A stretch of 64,000 nt of DNA from a bacterium (lineage in GTDB: Bacteria > UBA8248 > JACPRG01 > G963555815), in assembly GCA_965261595.1 (NCBI GenBank), contig CBDHDG010000006.1, positions 1,344,001 through 1,408,000 of the forward strand, read 5' to 3'. Positions 1-10,285 of this stretch are shown in pieces (positions within the stretch are counted from its first letter, which is position 1; every line of letters begins with the position of its first letter). A program made the translations under genes and the position numbers. The notes under the pieces were generated by a model. That model was not told the DNA's origin. It saw nothing but the letters and a program-made list of their open reading frames with translations, and made no database searches.

Positions 1-312
1 GCTCAGCCAACACCGCCGTCAGCGGCCCGGCCTCGGGCGCGTTCGCGGCCGCTACATCTGCGGGTGTCTCGCTCAATGCCTCATCCGGCGCGACGGTCTG
101 AGTTTCCGCTGGCCTGCGCACCGTCACGGCCGAGGCGGACTCGACCGACACGGCGGGCGCAGTCCGGACCGGCTCAGCCGACACCGCTGTCAGCGGCCTG
201 GCCTCGTGCATGCGTGCGGCCGCTACATCTGCGGGTGTCTCGCTCAATGGCTCATCCGGCGCAACGGGCTGGGTTTCCACTGGCCTGCGCACCGTCACGG
301 CCGAGGCGGACT
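1..312 (-). repeat. ~171-bp tandem repeat (almost 2 units visible) encoding a 57-aa Ala/Pro/Glu/Val-rich repeat on the minus strand; cut at 312 by an IS3 element
   Basis: GCTCAGCCAACACCGCCGTCAGCGG at 1 recurs as GCTCAGCCGACACCGCTGTCAGCGG at 172; minus-strand frame is open (ESASAVTVRRPVETQPVAPDEPLSETPADVAAARMHEARPLTAVSAEPVRTAPAVSV). Confidence 0.75.
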
Positions 313-366
313 TGGAGTTACCCCGTTTCAGTGGACACCTTCAGACTGTGGGGAGGAGGTGTTCAG

Positions 367-681
367 ATGCCGAAAACTCATTCACCCTACGCGCCGGAGT
401 ACCGGCGCCAGATGGTTGAGCTGGTTCGCTCGGGCCGTACGCCCGGGGAGCTGGCCCGGGAGTTCGAGTGTTCCGCTTCGGCGATTCGCAACTGGGTGCG
501 CCAGGCCGACCGCGACGAGGGCCGTCGTGAGGACGGTCTGACAAGCTCAGAGCTCGAGGAGCTACGGCGGCTTCGTCGGGACAATCGTCAGCTTCACGAA
601 GAACGCGAGATACTGGCAAAAGCTACGGCTTGGTTCGCTCGGGAGACCGGCTCGGTCCGGGCGAAGTCCTCGAGCTCGTGA
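367..681 (+). CDS. IS3 transposase OrfA (HTH)
   Basis: YAPEYRRQMVELVRSGRTPGELAREF...IRNWVRQ HTH and LRRLRRDNRQL zipper. Confidence 0.9.
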   Translation: MPKTHSPYAPEYRRQMVELVRSGRTPGELAREFECSASAIRNWVRQADRDEGRREDGLTSSELEELRRLRRDNRQLHEEREILAKATAWFARETGSVRAKSSSS

Positions 682-1718
682 AGGCGAATCAGGCCCATCA
701 TCGGGTGGCCACGATGTGCCGGGTGCTGGGCGTCTCCCCCAGCGGGTACTACGCGTGGCGAGGCCGTGGGCGTTCTCCTCGTGCGAAGCGCGACGAGGTG
801 TTGGGGGGCACGATACGGGCCATCCACGAGGCATCTGGTGGCACCTACGGGGCGCCTCGGGTTCATGCCGAGCTGATGGCCGGCGGCTGCCGGGTGAGCC
901 GCAATCGGGTGGCTCGTCTGATGCGCGAGGCAGGGTTGGCCGGGGTGAGCCGACGCCGAGGCATGCGCACTACGCGCGTGGACCAGAGCCATTGTGTGGT
1001 CCCGGACCGGGTCGAACGCCAGTTCCAGGCCGATGGGCCGGACCGAATCTGGGTGGCCGACATCACCTACGTGCCGACCTGGGCGGGGTTCGTGTACCTG
1101 GCCATCGTGCTCGACGTGTTCAGCCGCCGGGTGGTGGGATGGTCCATGGCCCATCATCTTCGCACCGAACTGGTGCTCGGGGCGCTGAACATGGCGTTGG
1201 GACAGCGCCGCCCCCAAGGGGTCGTACATCACTCCGACCAGGGCTCGCAGTACACCTCGCTTGCCTTTGGGAAGCGGTGCCGGGAGATGGGGGTGGTTCC
1301 GTCGACCGGGTCGGCCGGGGATTGCTTCGACAACGCCATGGCCGAGAGCTTGTTCGCCACGCTGGAGTGCGAGCTCATCGACCGGCGTTCGTTCCGTACC
1401 CAGGCCGAAGCGCGCATGGCGATCTTCCAATTCATCGAAGGCTGGTACAACCCACGCCGTCGTCATTCGGCCCTGGGTTACCTCAGCCCCAACGACTTCG
1501 AACGCGCCGTGGCGAAGGAAACGCCACGTGCAGTGCGCAACGCTCATCGTCCGGCTCGAGCCGTCCCCGGTGCTTCCCGGAGCAGCGAGCCAAAGGTCAA
1601 GACATACCCCCCGGGGGCACCCTATCCATCGGATAGGGAGAAGACTTTACGTCCACCGGCTGTCGCCCACCTCAGGGCTGAGGACGACAGCCCTAAACTG
1701 TCCACTGAAACGGGGTAA
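630..1718 (+). CDS. IS3 transposase OrfB (DDE integrase core)
   Basis: WVADITY, HHSDQGSQY, DNAMAES, WYNPRRRHSALGY motifs. Confidence 0.95.
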   Translation: MVRSGDRLGPGEVLELVKANQAHHRVATMCRVLGVSPSGYYAWRGRGRSPRAKRDEVLGGTIRAIHEASGGTYGAPRVHAELMAGGCRVSRNRVARLMREAGLAGVSRRRGMRTTRVDQSHCVVPDRVERQFQADGPDRIWVADITYVPTWAGFVYLAIVLDVFSRRVVGWSMAHHLRTELVLGALNMALGQRRPQGVVHHSDQGSQYTSLAFGKRCREMGVVPSTGSAGDCFDNAMAESLFATLECELIDRRSFRTQAEARMAIFQFIEGWYNPRRRHSALGYLSPNDFERAVAKETPRAVRNAHRPARAVPGASRSSEPKVKTYPPGAPYPSDREKTLRPPAVAHLRAEDDSPKLSTETG

Positions 1719-1723
1719 CTCCA

Positions 1724-2673
1724 CCCGAGGGCCGGGCTCGTCTTCGCGCCCTGAGCCTTTGGCGGGAGAGCGGGAATGCGAAATGGGTTTGCAGCACATT
1801 TGGGGTGAGCCGGGCCACGCTGTACCGCTGGGGGAAGCGGTTTGACCCCCGAGACCTGCCGACCCTGCAGGAGCGCCCGCGCCGGCCGCGCCGGGTGAGG
1901 CCGCCCACGTGGTCGCCAGAGCTGGTGAAGGCGGTCTTGCAGCTTCGGGAGCAGTGCCCCCGGTGGGGAAAGGCCAAGCTGGCGGTCCTGCTTCGACGCG
2001 AGGGGTTGGTGACCTCGGTCTCGACGGTGGGCCGCATCCTGGCCGATCTCAAGCGCCGGCGACTGCTGGTCGAGCCGAGGGGCAAGGTGGTGAGCGCGAA
2101 GCGGCGTCGGGCTCGGCGGCCTTACGCCACGCGCAAGCCCAAGGGCTATGTGCCCGGCCTTCCCGGAGACTTGGTCCAGGTGGACACCCTCGAGCTTTCC
2201 CCCCTTGCCGGGGTGAGGTTGAAGCAATTCACCGCCCGGGACATGGTCTCGCGCTGGGACGTGATGGAGGTCTTCTCGTGCGCCACGGCCCTTTGCGCCC
2301 GGCGGTTTTTGGACACCCTTCAGGCGCGCGCTCCGTTCCCGCTGCGGGCGATTCAGGTGGACGGGGGCTCGGAGTTCCGGGCGGTGTTCGAGGCGCGTGC
2401 GCGGAGCGGGAGATTTTGCTCTTTGAGCTGCCGCCCCGCTCGCCCAAGCTCAACGGCCGTGTGGAGCGAGCCAACAGGACCCATACGGAGGAGTTCTACG
2501 AGGTGTACGAACTCCCCTGGACGGTGGCCTCGCTCAACGTCCGCCTTCGCGAGTGGGAGCAAGTCCATAACCACATTCGACCCCACTGGGCCCTGGACTA
2601 CCTGACGCCCGCCCAGGTCCTGGAGACATTCAAAAAAACGGCCCCGGTGTCTCATATGCCTTGAACCCATACA
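1724..2673 (+). mobile_element. IS481-family element, 5'-truncated and frameshifted (copy 1)
   Basis: Near-identical to 13151-14239; VQVDT, IQVDGGSEF, NGRVERANRT motifs split over frames; right end ...TGAACCCATACA at 2673. Confidence 0.9.
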
Positions 2674-2751
2674 AGCCCTAGACCCGCGCAGACCCGGCCT
2701 GTACACTCCGGCCAGGCGTTCCCGAAAACCCGATCGTTCCGAGACGCAGGC

Positions 2752-3395
2752 ATGAAGGTCTCTGAGAAATCTCTTGAACTCAACGTCGGCGCGGAATTGC
2801 TCACCCGGATGCGCGGTCCGTTGAACATGCCGAAGGCGTACTTGCGCGGCCTCACGCAGCGGGAGGAACACAGGACCGTAGTGGACTTCTTCGCTCGGCT
2901 GCCGGACGGCACCCGAATATTTGCGTTTCAGTTCAAGGCCCCCAGAGGCCCCTCGGAGACCTGCCTTACACATTCACCCTCGGCCGAGACCAGCACAGCT
3001 CGCTGCACAACCTCGCCGTACAGGATCCCGGCGCGGTCTACTATGTCTTCCCTTTCTATGTTTCCACGCACAAACTGGTGCGAGACGTTCCCAACCTGGC
3101 TCGCGACACGTGGTTGCTTCCCGCCGCTCCCTTGGACGGTCCCACCGTATTCGCCGGTCAGAAGACAAAGCGCGTGCAATGCTACCCCGGCACAGCCGTC
3201 GTGAATCCCGACTACCCAATGAAGAACCTCGCCGAGCTTGCGCTGTCCTGGGAGGACGGGATCCGACCCGACCGGTTCGCAGACTGGTATCGCGAACCGC
3301 GCCACCACGCATCCGAGCTCGTGGACCGCCCACCCCGGATGAACCCGCACATCGTCCGTGGCTTGAGGGTAATGATCGTTGCACGCCGCGATTAG
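2752..3395 (+). pseudogene. Putative PD-(D/E)XK-type nuclease, frameshifted near 2955
   Basis: VDFF...FAFQFKAP motif; continues in another frame as YTFTLGRDQH...VYYVFPFY...RDTWLL. Confidence 0.55.
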
Positions 3396-3425
3396 TTTCC
3401 CGCATCCAGCTACGGCAGACAGAAC

Positions 3426-4199
3426 ATGACTATCTCGGCACGTAGCCGCAAGCTGCTGTGGGGACACTCTGGCAGTCGGTGCGCCATGTGCCGGCGCGAG
3501 CTGATCATGGCCGGTACACCCGTCGACGACGAATCGATCGTCGGCGACGAATGTCACATCGTATCCGCGGTCTCCAGCAGTCTCCGCCACGATCCCGAAT
3601 TCCCCCGCGAGAAGCTGAACGACCACGCCAACTTGCTGCTGCTATGCAAAGTTCACCACAAGCTGATCGACGACCAGCAGTCGGAATACACCGCGTCTCA
3701 CCTTGCCAAGATAAAGACCGATCACGAGAAGTGGGTTTCCGAACAATTAGATTCGTCCCGCTCACGAACACGACCTTTGCGCGTCCGCCGGGTTGCGGAA
3801 AACACGCCTGCGTTCCTCCGGCGCATCCGACTCGGGCAAGGAACTCCTCGACATCGTCACGAACGCCTGTGCTTTCGCTCCTCACTACGACGACCTCCGC
3901 AATGAAGCCGAAGACGAACTCGTTGCCGGTTTCCTCCAGGATGCCCAGGATTGGGGTGAGCTGGGACTGGAATCCGTGCGCGACGAATGCGCGCGGCCCG
4001 TTCCCTCGACGAGCACATCGAAGAACTCGAACGAGAGGGATTCTGGGTCCTCGGATGTCGTGAGGAACAGATCCTCGAAGGCGGAACCGGTCCCGACACC
4101 GACTGGCCCATCGCGCACATTCAGGTGCTGCGCGACACCAATCCCGAGATCATTGTCCTCGGCGAATCCTTGAAGAAGGACGAGGCGGATGCGCCATGA
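3426..4199 (+). pseudogene. HNH endonuclease with C-terminal domain of unknown function, two frameshifts (~3830, ~3985)
   Basis: SGSRCAMC...ECHIV...NLLLLCKVHHKLID...IKTDHE HNH/Zn motif; C-terminal part in ORFs 3793-4173 and 3987-4199. Confidence 0.8.
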
Positions 4200-4446
4200 G
4201 CCGGTCCTGCCGACGCGGTGCAATCCCATCTCTGAGATCCACGACATCCATTGAAAAGCGCCCTGGCCATTTCATACCAACCGGGCCCCGAACCACGCTT
4301 CAGTTTCCCGAATCTATGTCGCAAGCGCGAAGGCCGGCAGGCGGCCTTCAACTCACGTAACACCTTGCGCGCACGGGGGCACGTGCAGCGACTCATCGTT
4401 CAAGTTCGTGCCGTCCACGCAATCCGATCCGCAATCCTCGCATCAC

Positions 4447-5310
4447 TCACGTTTCCTTGTTTCTTACCTTGTCTAAGCCTCGAGAAATCTCCAGCCAAAC
4501 CTGCTTCCTCACATCCTGCACCGCGTCCTTCATCTCTCCCTTGTGCATCCTTTCCAGAATCTTCGCGTTCGCCACCGCCCGCAGCTCGTTCGCGGACTTC
4601 TCGAGGGCATGCGCTACGAGCTCATTGACGTATTCCTGCTTGATTGCAAAGCCGTAATCATCGGCAACCAGACTCGTCGCCTGCATGACTCCAAGCAAAC
4701 GATACTTGTCGTCGTAGGACACGAACACCGGCCCGCCGCTGTTGCCTTCCAGCACCGTTCCGTCGATCGCGATCAGACCTTTTACATCGCAATCCAGCTC
4801 AGGAATCGACGCGATCGATCCCTTGCGCATCAACGCTAACCCGTTCTGCGCGTCCTTCATTCCATTCGGATAGCCGGCATACAACACGTCGCTCCCGACG
4901 CCGAATCTCTCGTAATCCAGCTTTTCCAGAAAGCCACTCGCCAGTACCGGAACATCATGGCCCGCCGTGCCCATCCCCCTCAAATCCAGACAGGCCAAGT
5001 CTATGCTCTCGTCCCTGTACCCGGTATAGCGGTGTACCGCGCGATCGATCCCTATCCAGTCCTGCTGCCCGTACAGTACCTTCCCGTTCCCGTCTTTCCT
5101 GTTAAGCGAAATGCCTTGCGTTCCCACGCCCTGGGCAAGCACGTGCTTGTTCGAAATCAATAGCAGACAGTCTATCGTCGGTCCTTCTTCAAGGCGTCCA
5201 GATACCTGCACAAAAAAACCCGTTCCCGTCCATTGCGTTTCCTCGTCCAGCTCCACGGACATTTCGATAGCAACCCGCGTCGCGTGATGATTGAAATACT
5301 CTCGTGCCAT
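4447..5310 (-). CDS. Trypsin-like serine peptidase domain protein
   Basis: GTGFF, SNKHV (His), IDLA (Asp), GNSGGPV (Ser) triad motifs. Confidence 0.85.
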   Translation of the reverse strand: MAREYFNHHATRVAIEMSVELDEETQWTGTGFFVQVSGRLEEGPTIDCLLLISNKHVLAQGVGTQGISLNRKDGNGKVLYGQQDWIGIDRAVHRYTGYRDESIDLACLDLRGMGTAGHDVPVLASGFLEKLDYERFGVGSDVLYAGYPNGMKDAQNGLALMRKGSIASIPELDCDVKGLIAIDGTVLEGNSGGPVFVSYDDKYRLLGVMQATSLVADDYGFAIKQEYVNELVAHALEKSANELRAVANAKILERMHKGEMKDAVQDVRKQVWLEISRGLDKVRNKET

Positions 5311-5533
5311 GCTTCCCTACGCTCCTTCCCCGGTCTCGACTGCGCCTCTGTTTCCTATACTCCAGGGCGTGCATTTTGACACAGATCCCCGTTGCCGAAG
5401 AGCTCCGGTCGACGCGTTCCCAGACAACGCACTCGACAAGACCCGACAAGGAAGCTCTCCCTGCAAAACCCCTGTCCGGTCACTGCAACGCGCGCCAGAC
5501 TCCGGCGCGCGGCAAGCGAAAACCCCCCTAAGA

Positions 5534-5700
5534 TCACGCGGCGGCCGAAAGCTCCGGAAGAAAGTCCAGGTTGGCCGCAAGGCTGTCCGAGACCCGCTCG
5601 CCGGCCGCCTTGACCGAATCCCGCGCAAGATGAGCGTAGCGGGCGGTCGTCTGGGTCTTACGGTGCCCGAGCAGCTTGCCGAGTAGCATTGGACGATCTC
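5534..5700 (-). pseudogene. C-terminal fragment of tyrosine recombinase/integrase
   Basis: Minus strand reads LGKLLGHRKTQTTARYAHLARDSVKAAGERV (catalytic His and Tyr region). Confidence 0.8.
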
Positions 5701-6336
5701 CCCTTCGGGAGTGTCAAAAGTATTTTCTCATTCTATATCAATGCGTTACAATTCCCGTGCTCGCTTCGACCGCTTGTCCGTTTTGAGCCGGGTACCGTAT
5801 GGGTACCTTTTCAATTCCAAATTTCGTCTGTTCGTGGCGGCTTTTGCGCCATTTCAGCTCCCGTCTTTCTTCCGCCATCTTGTATCTGTCCCGTCGCTCT
5901 GCGAAATCGTCCAGCCAGCCGGAGAGGTCAGTCCGCCCCGTCGACCCGATTCCCCCAACACGGGGGCATTCACTACGTTCGCCTGTCCGGGCCATTGCGG
6001 CCTAGTGGAACGCACACCTCTTTCCGCACCCCCGGAGTTGGGCGTTTTCAGGCGCCCGTCGTCTTGCACTCCGTCATCGCATCCGAAAACCGCGTTTGCA
6101 GCCTGCCCCCATTGGGGCGTATTCACCCTGAAGCAGGCTGGCCCGATTCTGGTACGCTGCGTTGCAGTCGGCGAGCCCATCATCGGATTCCCCCTACCTT
6201 CCCCCGGTCCCTGGCCGTTCGCTGCCGAGCGACACCGCGACTGGCATGCCATTCTAGTCGCCTCGTCGCTGTGCTGAAATACGATCCAATGCTCTGCGCG
6301 GCTGTCGTTCCATCGCAACCGGCAATTCCCGTCCTG

Positions 6337-6575
6337 TCATCCCCGCGATTCCAGCGGCTCCGTCAGCGCGATATCGTAGTCGTCCAGAGCGTCCAGGAAA
6401 TCGACATGGCGGACAAGGTCGGCGATGTCGAGCACCGCAAGCCCGCTGAAGGCACGGACGAACATGGCCAGACAGGTGCGACCGATGAACCGCGACGGGA
6501 ACAGGAACCCGTCCGCCTCCGGCAGGTTGGCATGGACCGTTGCCGACAAGGCGCGGCCTGCCGCATGGCTACCTC
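6337..6575 (-). pseudogene. RES-domain protein C-terminal fragment
   Basis: HAAGRALSATVHANLPEADGFLFPSRF...CLAMF.RA resembles the RES DG.L.PSR motif. Confidence 0.55.
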
Positions 6576-6894
6576 TGTTGTCTTCGCGCGTCCGTACATA
6601 GTCGCAGGGCTGCGCAATCCCATGTTCTGCCGTTGGACTCGAACACCGTGGCATCGATGTCGGCCGGAAACGGCTTGTCCCACCGCCCTGAGCGTATTCC
6701 TTCTGAGGTGAAATCTATACCTAGTTGTAATATCAAAGGAAATTCTGCATCGACTACGTCGTTCTCCAAGGTTTCGCGAGATCCGTCATCAAACCAAATA
6801 CAGATTTTTTCAACAATCTGACTGCATTTGGCTCCGATTGGCGCCGTTTGGCGATACCGGACCGAGCCGCGGGTAATCGTTCGGCCAAGCCGGG

Positions 6895-7009
6895 GGACCC
6901 TCAAAGCCATCGCCGCAGGTCATCCCAATGACCGCATTGACGAGCTGCTCCCCTGGAACTTCGAACGCCCGTCAAGCTGAAATCCGGGTGCCCCGCTCGC
7001 AGTGGTTAC
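6895..7009 (+). mobile_element. IS66 3' remnant (TnpC C-terminus and right end)
   Basis: TLKAIAAGHPNDRIDELLPWNF then terminus ...GTGGTTAC. Confidence 0.75.
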
Positions 7010-7051
7010 AGAGAGACGGCGAGCGAAGCGAGAGGTACGGTCCAAAGGGGC

Positions 7052-7700
7052 TCAGGCTTGGAGATCCGGGCTGGCTGGTGCCGTCTCAGGATCGGGGCAA
7101 ACTGCGTATGCGCTTAGGTTCATCGGTCCGGTGGCGCTCGACGCGATCAATATCTGATTCTCCTCGGACCGTCCGACTCGATAGATGACGAATCGGCCAT
7201 GGTCGTCGGTACGGATCATGGCGATCGAGTTGCCAGGGGCGGTCTTCTCTCCGGGAAGCGCCGGCTCGAGCTCGCGAAATGCACTCGCGGACATCATGAA
7301 TCCGCCTTCAATTGGACCGGCGACTTCCGGAAACAGCGTGCGTTGAACGGCGGTGTTGAGTTCCTGAACAATGCCCGTTCCAAGCGGGATGACGGCTTCC
7401 CCCTCGACGCTGTCGGTGTGCTCGATGAGGTTCCGCATCTGGCGCACTTTCAGGAAATGCGCCGCGCGGAATTCCTCCCAGAACCCGTGCTGCATGCGTT
7501 CGACCTTGTTGATGAGCTCTCCGGCCTTCAGGAGGCCGAGGCATGCTGCATCCAGGAGGGTTTCCTCCTCGACGGCGTCCGTGCAGTCCTCGGCACGGCG
7601 GCAGTAGCGGGTAGTCTTGGCCGTCCATTGCTTCAGATCGCGAAGGCGTCCTGCAGGCGCTTCAGGGAGTCGCCGCTTTCTCTTTCGCGCCAACGACGCG
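7052..7700 (-). CDS. HEPN (HepT/DUF86-like) ribonuclease domain protein; N-terminus uncertain
   Basis: LLDAACLGLLKAGELINKV helix and Rx4H motif MRNLIEH. Confidence 0.6.
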
Positions 7701-9429
7701 TGTGAATTCTCTCGGCTACAGTCCTGAGACTTGCCGCGACCGCCTTGTCGATTTCGACGAAGCGCTGCGTCATCCACGGTCGGCTTGCGCCTTTGCCCTG
7801 CAGCTTGGCGAACAGCTTCTGCTGCGCCAGGTAGCCCTTCCTGACCGAGTCGAGTAGACCACGGTTCTTGTCCCAGTCGGAGAGCCAATTCACAGAAAGG
7901 CCGTTGGAGACATCTCCAGCGGCCTTTCTTTTTGCTTCGATGGCCGTGGTTTCTGCAATCAAGTCAAAGGGTTGCCGCAATGTGACGGTCAACTTTCCGT
8001 CCCTCCAGGACGAGTTCGAAACAAGATAATTGAGAAGCCGCCGTTTTTCGCGGGAATCCTGCTTTTCGAAAAGCCGCTGGGCGTTCTGTGCCAGTTCGAT
8101 AAGGCGCACGCCGTCTTCAAGGTAGGACTGGTCCGCGCCCTGATGCCGTTCGATGTCTTGAAGACAGCGATTCTGCTCGGTCCGCCACTCCTCCGACATC
8201 TTCTCAAAGAACGCCGCGTCGATGGTGCCGTCGAGCTTATCGACATAGGCGTCGTGAATACGGTTCTGGAGCCGGTCGTATTCCGCGCACAGCCGTTTGA
8301 TGGCTTCCTCATGCTCGCGCCGTTCGTCGGCGTGGCTGTCAAGAAGGGCGTCGCGCACCCAGTCCAGCACCTCGTCGTCAAACACCAATTGGCCGAGGAG
8401 CGCGCCGAACTTCTCTTCGAGAACCTCTTCCCGGACATAGGGCTCGTCGCATTTCCCCTTGTAGCCGGTGCAGTGGTAGTAGATGTAGCGCTGCTTCTTG
8501 ATCTCGCCGACCACCGAGCAGCCGCAATGGCCGCACGCAATCAGGCCCGAGAACGCGAAATCGTGCTTCACGCGGCGATGCTTGCTGGCGTTGCGCCCGT
8601 CCATCATATCCTGCACCCGCTCCCACAGGTCCCGCGTGACCAGGGCTTGATGGCTGCCCTGGTAGAGACGGCCATTCCATTCGAACTCGCCCATGTAGAG
8701 CCGATTGCGCAGGATATTGTGCACCGTACTGGTCGGTACCGACTTGCCGCTCTTGCGATAGCTGAAACCGGCTGCGCGCGCCTTCTTCACCACATCGCGC
8801 AATGCCAGTCCACCGGCCGCGTACCACTCGAACATCTTGGTCACATGCGGCGCGACTTTCGGATCGGGCTCGATCACCCGTTTACCGTTAACGCCGTCCA
8901 CATTGAGGTAGCCCAGCGGCGCGGCCGAGGGCCAGATGCCCTGCTCGGCCTTTTCCAGCATGCCCTTCTTGGTCTCTTCCGAAAGGTTGTCGATGTAGTT
9001 CTTCGCCATCAACACCTTGATGCCATGCATGAACTTATCCGACGACTTGGAATCGCGCGACAGGATCGCCCCTTCCTTGACAAGATGGATCTCGACATCA
9101 AGCTCGTCGAGCATCACCCAGTCCTTGAGGTTGCGATAAAGCCGGTCGGTCTTCTCTACAAGGATGGTCCGGACCCGAGGATTAGCCCTCAGAAAAGCGA
9201 CCATCTCGGAAAAGCTGGTCCGGCCCGTCTGTTTGGCCGTCTCCACGTCAACGTATTCCTGGACGGCGGATAGACCTTCGCGCGCGGCGTAGTCCTTCAG
9301 CAGCTTCAGCTGTGCCGGGATCGAGAACCCTTCCTTCTCCTGTTCCTTGGAGGAGACGCGGGCGTAGAGCACCGCCCGGCTGACATCGCCGGCGGCCTCG
9401 CTTTTGGATTTGCTTGTCCTGTTCATCAT
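7633..9429 (-). CDS. Large serine recombinase (resolvase + recombinase + Zn-ribbon/coiled coil)
   Basis: YARVSS catalytic Ser, DRLYRN, APLGY, LIACGHCG...YYHC Zn ribbon. Confidence 0.95.
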   Translation of the reverse strand: MMNRTSKSKSEAAGDVSRAVLYARVSSKEQEKEGFSIPAQLKLLKDYAAREGLSAVQEYVDVETAKQTGRTSFSEMVAFLRANPRVRTILVEKTDRLYRNLKDWVMLDELDVEIHLVKEGAILSRDSKSSDKFMHGIKVLMAKNYIDNLSEETKKGMLEKAEQGIWPSAAPLGYLNVDGVNGKRVIEPDPKVAPHVTKMFEWYAAGGLALRDVVKKARAAGFSYRKSGKSVPTSTVHNILRNRLYMGEFEWNGRLYQGSHQALVTRDLWERVQDMMDGRNASKHRRVKHDFAFSGLIACGHCGCSVVGEIKKQRYIYYHCTGYKGKCDEPYVREEVLEEKFGALLGQLVFDDEVLDWVRDALLDSHADERREHEEAIKRLCAEYDRLQNRIHDAYVDKLDGTIDAAFFEKMSEEWRTEQNRCLQDIERHQGADQSYLEDGVRLIELAQNAQRLFEKQDSREKRRLLNYLVSNSSWRDGKLTVTLRQPFDLIAETTAIEAKRKAAGDVSNGLSVNWLSDWDKNRGLLDSVRKGYLAQQKLFAKLQGKGASRPWMTQRFVEIDKAVAASLRTVAERIHTRRWRERESGDSLKRLQDAFAI

Positions 9430-9480
9430 AATGTTGAGTGTAACCTCAACATACCTCCAATTCAAATCGCGACGATCAAT

Positions 9481-10284
9481 TCAGCTTGATCCCGCGATCA
9501 AGCCAGGTACGCCGAGAATCCAGCCTTCCACCCTTGCCACACTGCGCTCGGGCGGTGTCAGGTTCGGATCGAGAAACCCGGCGAGGCTGCCGTCCCAGTC
9601 GGCGCGCGACAGCCAGGCGGCGATGGACCAGGCGTCGTGCTGATCGCCCGTGCGGCTCTCGCGGGCGAAACTGCGGGACCAGAGCGCCGGATAGACCTCG
9701 GCGATGGCGGACCGCCCATGCGGAATGTTCCAGCCATCGAAAGGCCAGAAGTGGACCCGGTCGCCGAGTTCGCGGCGGATGAAGCGCAGCCACGGAATCC
9801 CGGCATGGGTGGACTTGGCCACCTGCCCCTGCACGTCGAAATGAAATACCGACTTGGCGCCGCCGGCCCGCTCCTCGGTCAGCCGTCGCCAGCGGGCATT
9901 GCCGGTCCGCCCCGCACCATTGCCGGCCGATCCCTCGCGCACGAAATCGACGTACGTGTGATCCGCGTCGGTCGGCCAGTGGCGCTGGAAGTCGTCGAGA
10001 AACGACGGCCAGTCGGGTTCCAGCTCGTGGACCTCGAAATAGCGCAGCGGAAAGGAAAACCCGTGATCGATACCGACCAGTGTCGGCGCATCCTCCGCAA
10101 GGCGCTCGATCAGCCAATGAGCAACGCCCTTGCGGGTCCAATATTTCCGGGGGCTGGGTGGCGGAAACACCTCCTCGGGCGGGCTGTCGCCCTCGGCCAG
10201 ATAGACCCGCAAACACTTGAGGCTGGCGGTCGGCGTCTGTGCCCCGGAATAGTCGATGCCGATGGTCCGGGCGAAGATGGCCAT
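9481..10284 (-). CDS. RNase H-like fold protein (DUF429-like)
   Basis: IGIDYSGA, VGIDHGFSFP, IAEVYPAL, DQHDAW acidic motifs. Confidence 0.65.
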   Translation of the reverse strand: MAIFARTIGIDYSGAQTPTASLKCLRVYLAEGDSPPEEVFPPPSPRKYWTRKGVAHWLIERLAEDAPTLVGIDHGFSFPLRYFEVHELEPDWPSFLDDFQRHWPTDADHTYVDFVREGSAGNGAGRTGNARWRRLTEERAGGAKSVFHFDVQGQVAKSTHAGIPWLRFIRRELGDRVHFWPFDGWNIPHGRSAIAEVYPALWSRSFARESRTGDQHDAWSIAAWLSRADWDGSLAGFLDPNLTPPERSVARVEGWILGVPGLIAGSS

Positions 10285-10285
10285 C

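Larger units (their letters stand above)
313..1723 (+). mobile_element. IS3-family insertion sequence (copy 1)
   Basis: Perfect 25-bp terminal inverted repeats TGGAGTTACCCCGTTTCAGTGGACA; overlapping orfA/orfB; no target-site duplication visible. Confidence 0.95.

Noticed and set aside
1..312. CRISPR array
   Set aside because: Whole 171-bp units repeat with no unique spacers, and no cas genes are present
3426..4199. CBASS Cap5 (HNH-SAVED) effector
   Set aside because: The C-terminal part is too short and not SAVED-like, and no CD-NTase is nearby
5689..6711. Long plus-strand ORFs in this interval, and the many long antisense ORFs elsewhere (e.g. 14939-16555, 21013-22623, 49062-50483)
   Set aside because: No recognisable motifs; these are shadow frames expected in high-GC DNA opposite real genes
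7863..7887. Functional tRNA gene
   Set aside because: Only a degenerate 3'-end-like stretch; no cloverleaf upstream
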